Source: Botryllus schlosseri (lineage: Eukaryota). Taken from it: a stretch of DNA of 64,000 nt. The notes below the pieces were generated by a model. The model saw only the letters and a list, made by a program, of their open reading frames with translations. It did not search any database and was not told where the DNA came from. Positions 57,781 to 64,000 of this stretch are shown piece after piece; the stretch's first letter is position 1; the number at the start of each line of letters is the position of its first letter. Where the stretch lies: NCBI GenBank assembly GCA_051294905.1, contig CM119376.1:5456001-5520000 (forward strand), written 5' to 3'. The position numbers and the translations under genes were made by a program.

Positions 57781-58472
57781 TCACTCAAACAGCATAACGG
57801 ACAAGCTCTTGGTGCACTCGAATATTTTTGGAACGTGAGAATACACCGCACCGGCAGTCTCCACGACCCTCTCGGCTCCGAGAGCCCGCGCTTCTTTCAC
57901 CCACGTATCGTTTCTATCGTCAGAAATCAAAGTCCCCAGACACACCAAATAACGAAAAGTAGCTTCAGAGTCAGACATAGACTCTCCGGTAACCAAATGC
58001 ACGATTACAACTTCAACACAAGATGATCTTACTGCAGAAGACAATTCACGTATTAAACTATTCAGCTTAACCTCGCTGCTGGCAGACAACAAAACGGAGT
58101 AGTTCAGCAGTAAAGAAGCGGCTGCAATTTGCACGTTTTTGTTTCCGTAATAGGGCGCAGATTGAGCGTTACTCTCGCTCAATCCCAAGTTGAAGCCTTC
58201 GGAAAGCGCCGGGAACACGTCCTTGTAACTAGCCATCAAGAAGGCGGACCCCTCGGCGTACGCGAACATGTTACACAGAGCTCGTAAGCTCAGCAGACGG
58301 TTGGCGTTGGCGGCTTTCGAGTTATCGTTTGTGACTATGTGTCGGCAGAGCATTTCCACTAATTTCTTCGGCCTGTCATCGGATTCGGTGGTGCCGCAGC
58401 AAAGTTGTTTGCACGAAAAGTCGTGCCACAGACAGGTCAGTCGGAGTACGTCCAAAGCAGGAAGGAGGCAAT
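57781..58472 (-). CDS. PLAA: PLAA/Doa1, last exon (PUL domain)
   Basis: aattacag|AT TGC; (D)CLLPALDVLRL…NRLLSLRALCNMF…NKNVQIAAASLLLNYSV…EATFRYLVCLGTL…LFE*. Confidence 0.9.
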
Positions 58473-58978
58473 CTGTAATTGAATCGCCGAATTTTGAGAA
58501 TTTTCAAGTGTTACGGAGGTGGGATATTCATTTTAAGCCATGTTCATCAGGCTGCATATATCAAGACTGAGCCCGAACATTGATATCGCACCATGGCTTC
58601 CGCCCCGAATTAGCATCTAATGAAGGGTCGGTCACCAACACGCGGCCCGCGATCTGATTTTGGAAGGACGCTAAGTAAAGCAGATTGAAATGCTGAAATT
58701 GATTTCAGATACAAAATATTGTTGTAGTTTCAAAATAAGTTATTCTTCTGTTCCATCGAGGCAGAATCAGCTGATATGAATGAGAATATTGCCTTAACGT
58801 GCAATGGCCCAGACACAGCCAAGACCGAGGCACTTAAAAAACGGCTTAGGGCTTACCGTGTCTCGCTAGCCCTAATATCGATTCCTTGGTCGCTGAAAAG
58901 CGTTGTTATGTATCATGTGCATATCATAATTCAAAATAAAATGAATTTAATGATCATGATATTTTTAGCAATAATTGT

Positions 58979-59414
58979 CAGGGTTGTAATCAAGTCACAA
59001 GTTTCCGAGCAACAAGTCAATCTCACTTTTATAGTTTTGATTCGAGTTAAGTCGAGTCATTTTCAATTCACCAGAGAGTCAAGTCCGAGTCTTAGCGTTT
59101 TGACTCGAATTCAAGTCAATATGGTCACTGTTCAGTTTTCAGTTCAATCCGGTTCCACCCACTGTCAACTCTGCTTTAGTGATATAGAATGGCTAGCATT
59201 CATAATATAGTAATTTTCCTCGGTCTGAACAGTTTTTGGCCCTATTTTCCAATTATCAGTCCTTGTAGACGAAATACCAACAATGCAGTAAGCGGCAACT
59301 TTATTATTCTTCGAAGTTACAATGAAATGTCTGTCTTGGCGTCCTAGTCATATGACTTGGTTCGAGTCATGCGAAATGTCACCAAAAATCGTGACTCGAG
59401 TCATTACAACCCTG
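58979..59414. mobile_element. hAT-type MITE, family A, in a PLAA intron
   Basis: CAGGGTTGTAATC...CATTACAACCCTG; flanks only 5/8 identical. Confidence 0.8.
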
Positions 59415-59828
59415 GTATTTGCATATCCTTAATAAAATATTACTTCTTCTGTGGCAAACATGCGCGTCGCCCATGTTAGAGAGCACAGCGTTGTACTGTC
59501 GTAAAGTTTTAAAAACGTAGTTGAAAAGCTGTGTGGCCTATTTTGTCTCGGTGCTGCATCCTTGCGGCCAGCGGTCTCTACGAAAGTTGAAAAGCAACCT
59601 GTTTTGAGTTGGCGAGGGCGACCGTCGATCTACATCGTTGATTAGTTTAGCTGGGGACTACGATAGCTTAGCTTTCGTAGGCCCCGGTCCGGACTTGGAT
59701 TGAGACAACTCTTGTCTAATTATATCAGTTAGATCGAAATGGCGGTACAAAACAACATCGATCACTTTGCTGTAAAGCACTTGTGAATTCAGAACAGGGT
59801 GGCAAGCCCAGTCGCAAATAGTCCTTAC

Positions 59829-59969
59829 CCGCGGGCCATTGAAGTATTTTCCACAGTGTTTCAATAGCGGACGGAGTCACATCGCCATCAGCGCGTAGCA
59901 GCTCTTTCAGACTTGTCATCTCAGATTCACTCAGACCGCCGCATTGCTCCGAAAATGTCGTCAGTTTGC
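59829..59969 (-). CDS. PLAA: PLAA, penultimate exon
   Basis: atttttcgaag|GC…GCGG|gtaagg; (G)KLTTFSEQCGGLSESEMTSLKELLRADGDVTPSAIETLWKILQWPA; 141 bp, phase 1-1. Confidence 0.85.
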
Positions 59970-60743
59970 CTTCGAAAAATAAACCGATATGCAGAAATGG
60001 TAACAACAGTCAACGCTGTTGCTACTCAAGTAGATTGAATGTCATGAATTTCCACTCTACTACGAGTAGGAGTAGAAATTTCAGAGATATGCCAAAAGTA
60101 CTCTGTAAATTACTCAAGTGCAAGTAGTATTAAAAGTAGATTTGTCCTACGTGTCACATACTATCAACAGTTAATCGTAAACAGGTTGTGTCTAATCTTT
60201 CAAGATCAAGTTTTGTTCAGATAGCTCCGTTAGTTAAACTAGACGTTTATAGAAGTTCTTTCGTTATTTTGCAAGAAGTGATAACATGTTAAGTTGACAG
60301 TCTAAGGCGGGGATGTCCAACCTGAGATTTTTGTGCGGGCCGCTAGTCATTTTCACCCCAAGCAGTATTTTGATCTTTGAATCTTAGCCTGATGAAACTG
60401 TACCAGTCAGCTGGGGCGCAGCAGTAGTATAGTATGGGAGCTGTTACTCTTCGTTCGCCTTTTGCGCAATGATGCTTCCAAGACTAATTGACTGAGGCCA
60501 GAGTGTTTGTTGTCAGTTAGGGCACTTGTTTTTATAGTGCAGTGTTGAGTATGTCATACCCTGATAATTTAAAAAAAATTAGATTTGAGTGCAGAAAAAA
60601 ACTCGCCCTAGTAATAAGTTTTGTGAAGTCAAGCTGAAGTGGAAGTAGTCTCAAACATATCCAATCGAGGAAGTCGAACAAAGAAGCAAACCAACAAAAT
60701 TAAAAATACTTCGTCATTTACAAAGATAAACAACCATTCCCAC

Positions 60744-60883
60744 CTTGAATACCGGCAGCATTCACCGCGGCGAAAGTAATGTACCCTTCTTTCGGAAAAT
60801 AGGAAGTAATAGCAGGGCGCAATACTGATTGTGGTTTCACGGGCGGTGCAGTGTCCATTGCGTCGGTGTCGCTCGGAATGTAT
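60744..60883 (-). CDS. PLAA: PLAA, antepenultimate exon; upstream exons lie beyond the window end
   Basis: cgttgcag|A TAC…CAAG|gtggga; YIPSDTDAMDTAPPVKPQSVLRPAITSYFPKEGYITFAAVNAAGIQ, matching the YFPK…TF…N…I.GKL PUL start. Confidence 0.85.
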
Positions 60884-61325
60884 CTGCAACGATTATTGGG
60901 TGAAGGTATGTTTTTTCGAGAAATTGGCAGTAGGCAAATTTGAGGACCCGAGTTATTTAATTCTGTATCGAGAATTACGCTTCGAGTCGAATATTCGAGT
61001 CATGGTTGTAATATAATGACTCGGGCTGCTATTTTTTGGTGGCTCGAGTCATTGCGCAATACTCCACAGAGTCACAACTCAAGATGACAGGGTTGTAATG
61101 ACTCGACTCGAGTCACGATTTTCTGACGACTCGATTTGACTCGAGTCATTTTTTCAAAATACGGAAATGACTCGACTCGAGTCAATCTGTGTATTGACTC
61201 GACTTGGACTCGAGTCATTCCGCATGACTCGAACCAAGTAATTGACTCGAGACTCAGACGGCCAAAACCGACATTTCATTGTAATTCTGAAGCCAACACA
61301 CTATTGGGATTTTGTCTGTTGGTAC

Positions 61326-63566
61326 CAGACATGGGGTGATTACTTCATGAATGTAATCGATTGCGATTACGATTACTTCTGAATGACGCGATCACGATTA
61401 CGATTACAGCAAAATCAGGAAGTAGTCGATTACGATTACATTGGAAAAGTAATCACGATTACTCAGGATTACATTTATTTTGCATCTTAGAAGTTATATA
61501 GGAAGACAATATATGGATTGCACTAAAAAGGCCTAATGAGATAACAATCTTCCTATAAAAAAAGATGCGTCATGATTTTATGTTCGTGACGTCGTGGTTT
61601 GAAAAAAACATTTTTTAAACTAGGGCCTTGTTTTAAACATGTCTGTTTTAAATTGATTTTTATCTTAAATGCAACCCTAATTTATAGTAATAGGCATTTA
61701 GGTGCCAGTCAATACCGTGCCACGACACACCAAAAGATATACGCAGTTTCGACCAACATGCGACTTCATGAAGTGTGCTACTAAAGAAAGACCTTGGTCG
61801 AAACTTTGGGTATGTGTCCATTGTCAATAGCCACGCTGGGTGGACGTGACTAATAGTCCGGTCCTTCCAATCTGAGCTCATAATGCAAATGCCATTCGTA
61901 GCACCCACAGTGTTTTAAAGACATGACAATTTGTGTGTGCGTCTCACCAAAGTTCTTGCGCCACTTCAACATCTTTTGATTATATAACATAGGCTTACCA
62001 TCATTTGGAAATCTAAAAAGAGGACACTTTTTCATAAATTTGTGACTTGCAAATCCGGAGAAAAATTCTCAAAATCGGTGAATTTTTACCACTTTGTGAC
62101 CGGTTGACTAAAAAAAAGGTCAACTTTCCCGCTCAGAGCCCAAAATACTGTTTCTTCCCCCACATTGCCGGGTGGTTGACTAAAAAAAAAGGTCATCTTT
62201 TCGCTCAGAGCTCAAAATACCGTTTGAGCGTCACTGCTGTGCTAATTTACGGCATATCACTCGCATTTTGCTCTAAATATGACCTAAATTTTCAAAAAAG
62301 AGGACGAAATCTCAAAAAAGAGGACAAAAGGGCGACCTCCGAGGTACCGAGGACACTTTCAAAAAAGTCAAAAACGAGGACAAATCCTCTTAAAAGAGGA
62401 CATATGGTAACCCTATATAACAGACCGGAGGTCACGAATTAACAACATAAACTAAAGTAATTATAACAAGATACCGGACGTTATAATTATGAATTACGTG
62501 CTCCCAGCTCTACAGGTAAATCTGACCATCGAGGCTGAGAGAGGATTAAAAATTAATAGTAATATAATGCAATTACGAATAATATTGACAAAATTCAGTC
62601 TTCAACTTGAAAATACCACCCTATGGGGGCCAAAGACCAACGTTTGGACTGGGGGACGAATTGCTGCTTAGGTCCAGATTCTAGCTACAACCCACGCTAA
62701 CATGGTATAGAAGCCCATGGCCATGGCGGCAGGTCCCAATGTTGAGTAAAGAACTGTGGAATAACGATTGACGCCCGTTTCAAGTAGAGTCATATGAGAA
62801 TAAGATGAAGCCGGGGCCCGATGAAGCGAACATAAAATTCTGCCTTCAACTTCATACAGATAATGTACTGTAAGCTGCCGTTACGAGAAACGGCAAAGAC
62901 GGCTCGGTTATGATATATATCATTAGCTGTTGACTTTTTACTGCTTCCTTGTGGAAACCGTAATGTTTTATTTGGCGAGTACAAAATTTCAAATCTTAGT
63001 CCGGTGTACGTACGTAGTACATAGGCCTACTGCTCGCCAAGAAGCGACGGTCAGACTGCGTTTCACTAAGCATAGCCAAACATCAATACATGAGTTACTA
63101 TTTTAAACTATAGGCAGAATGGAGATTAATAATCCTGCTGCGAGGGACTGGCGTATGGAACGTGTTGATAACCTGATATACAGCACGGCGGGTGTTCTTA
63201 CAATCACACTTATGTAGGCTACGTACATCGAATATCTATTTACTGTGGATACTTCTTACGCAATGACGAGCGAAGCTAATAGGCTACGTATTAATGAGCA
63301 ATAGCATTTGGAAATCAGACGTGTGTGCTATCGCGAACCTGGTATAATATCTCTTCCTTTTTCACGAATGTTCAGTTTATGTCATAGTCCTTGTACAAAT
63401 AAAAAGTAATCGCTCTTTCACTAAGAAATCGATTAGATATGCAAAGTAGTCGATTACGATTACTCCGGAATTTTTTCGAATGTAATCGATTGCGATTACG
63501 ATTACTTGGAAATGCTGTAATCGTCGTAATCGATTACGATTACTAATCGCGATTACCCCATGTCTG
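61326..63566. mobile_element. hAT-type non-autonomous element, family B (GATTAC-rich ends)
   Basis: TIR CAGACATGGGG / CCCCATGTCTG; perfect 8-bp TSD GTTGGTAC (61318-61325, 63567-63574). Confidence 0.9.
61990..62415. mobile_element. Family C MITE nested in element B
   Basis: TAGGCTTACCA...TGGTAACCCTA; flanks (A)TATAACA on both sides; ends match those of 29520-29853 in reverse. Confidence 0.85.
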
Positions 63567-64000
63567 GTTGGTACTGGTACTTGAAAATGCGACCAGAAAC
63601 TGCTAAGAGTGAGGAAAATTGGTATATTTTAAATGCGAACCGTTTGATGTCACCAAACAGAGTTATAATGAGTGGGTTTACCAAGACTTTATCTGTAAAC
63701 TGATCAGTGAACACGATGACTTGGTCTCGGACTCGAGTCATAATTCAATTACTCGGTCTCGACCCTCTTCTCGCTGACTTGGACTCGGACTTGACTCGAT
63801 GGTGAATTGAAATGACTCGACTTGACTCGAGTCAAAACTATAAAAGTGAGATTGACTTGTGACTTGGTTACAACCCTGCGAGATGATCACGACATGCATT
63901 TCATTGTAACATCGAAGAACAGTACTTAAGGTCACCACATTATTTGATTTCTTTGAGTACGGTACTTGAAAAACAGGGCCAGTGAGGTAAAGTACTATTA

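Larger units (their letters stand above)
61088..63878. mobile_element. Family A MITE split by nested insertions
   Basis: Left part 61088-61325 and right part 63567-63878 join into a copy colinear with 119-592; TSD CAAGATGA / CGAGATGA (7/8). Confidence 0.88.

Noticed and set aside
58776-59210. 144-aa ORF; also 44985-45302 and 62047-62442
   Set aside because: These run through non-coding MITE sequence; chance open frames.

Overview
AT-rich animal genomic DNA. It looks like an invertebrate deuterostome; an SL-trans-splicing lineage such as an ascidian is plausible but is only an inference. Three spliced genes were rebuilt by hand: an SH3PXD2/Tks-like PX-SH3-SH3 gene (minus strand, 8 exons, runs off the left edge), a small WBP1/VOPP1-like membrane protein with a 10-nt microexon, and the last three exons of PLAA (minus strand, 5' part beyond the right edge). 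Six coding regions are intronless: CFAP251, VIRMA, CTNNBL1, a 100-aa ORF with a mitochondrial-type presequence, ERI3 and SF3B1. A Mag-like Ty3/gypsy element with identical LTRs lies between VIRMA and CTNNBL1. Non-coding DNA holds many hAT-type MITEs with 8-bp target-site duplications (TSDs), including a triple nest. Two observations stand out. (1) A dispersed ~150-230-bp repeat carries a minimal type I hammerhead ribozyme, has 10-12-bp TSDs and shows fold-back 5' ends, consistent with a Penelope-derived non-autonomous retroposon. (2) Two families of ultra-short (22-43 bp) inverted-repeat insertions have 8-bp or 7-bp TSDs. All family assignments are by eye, with no database search.
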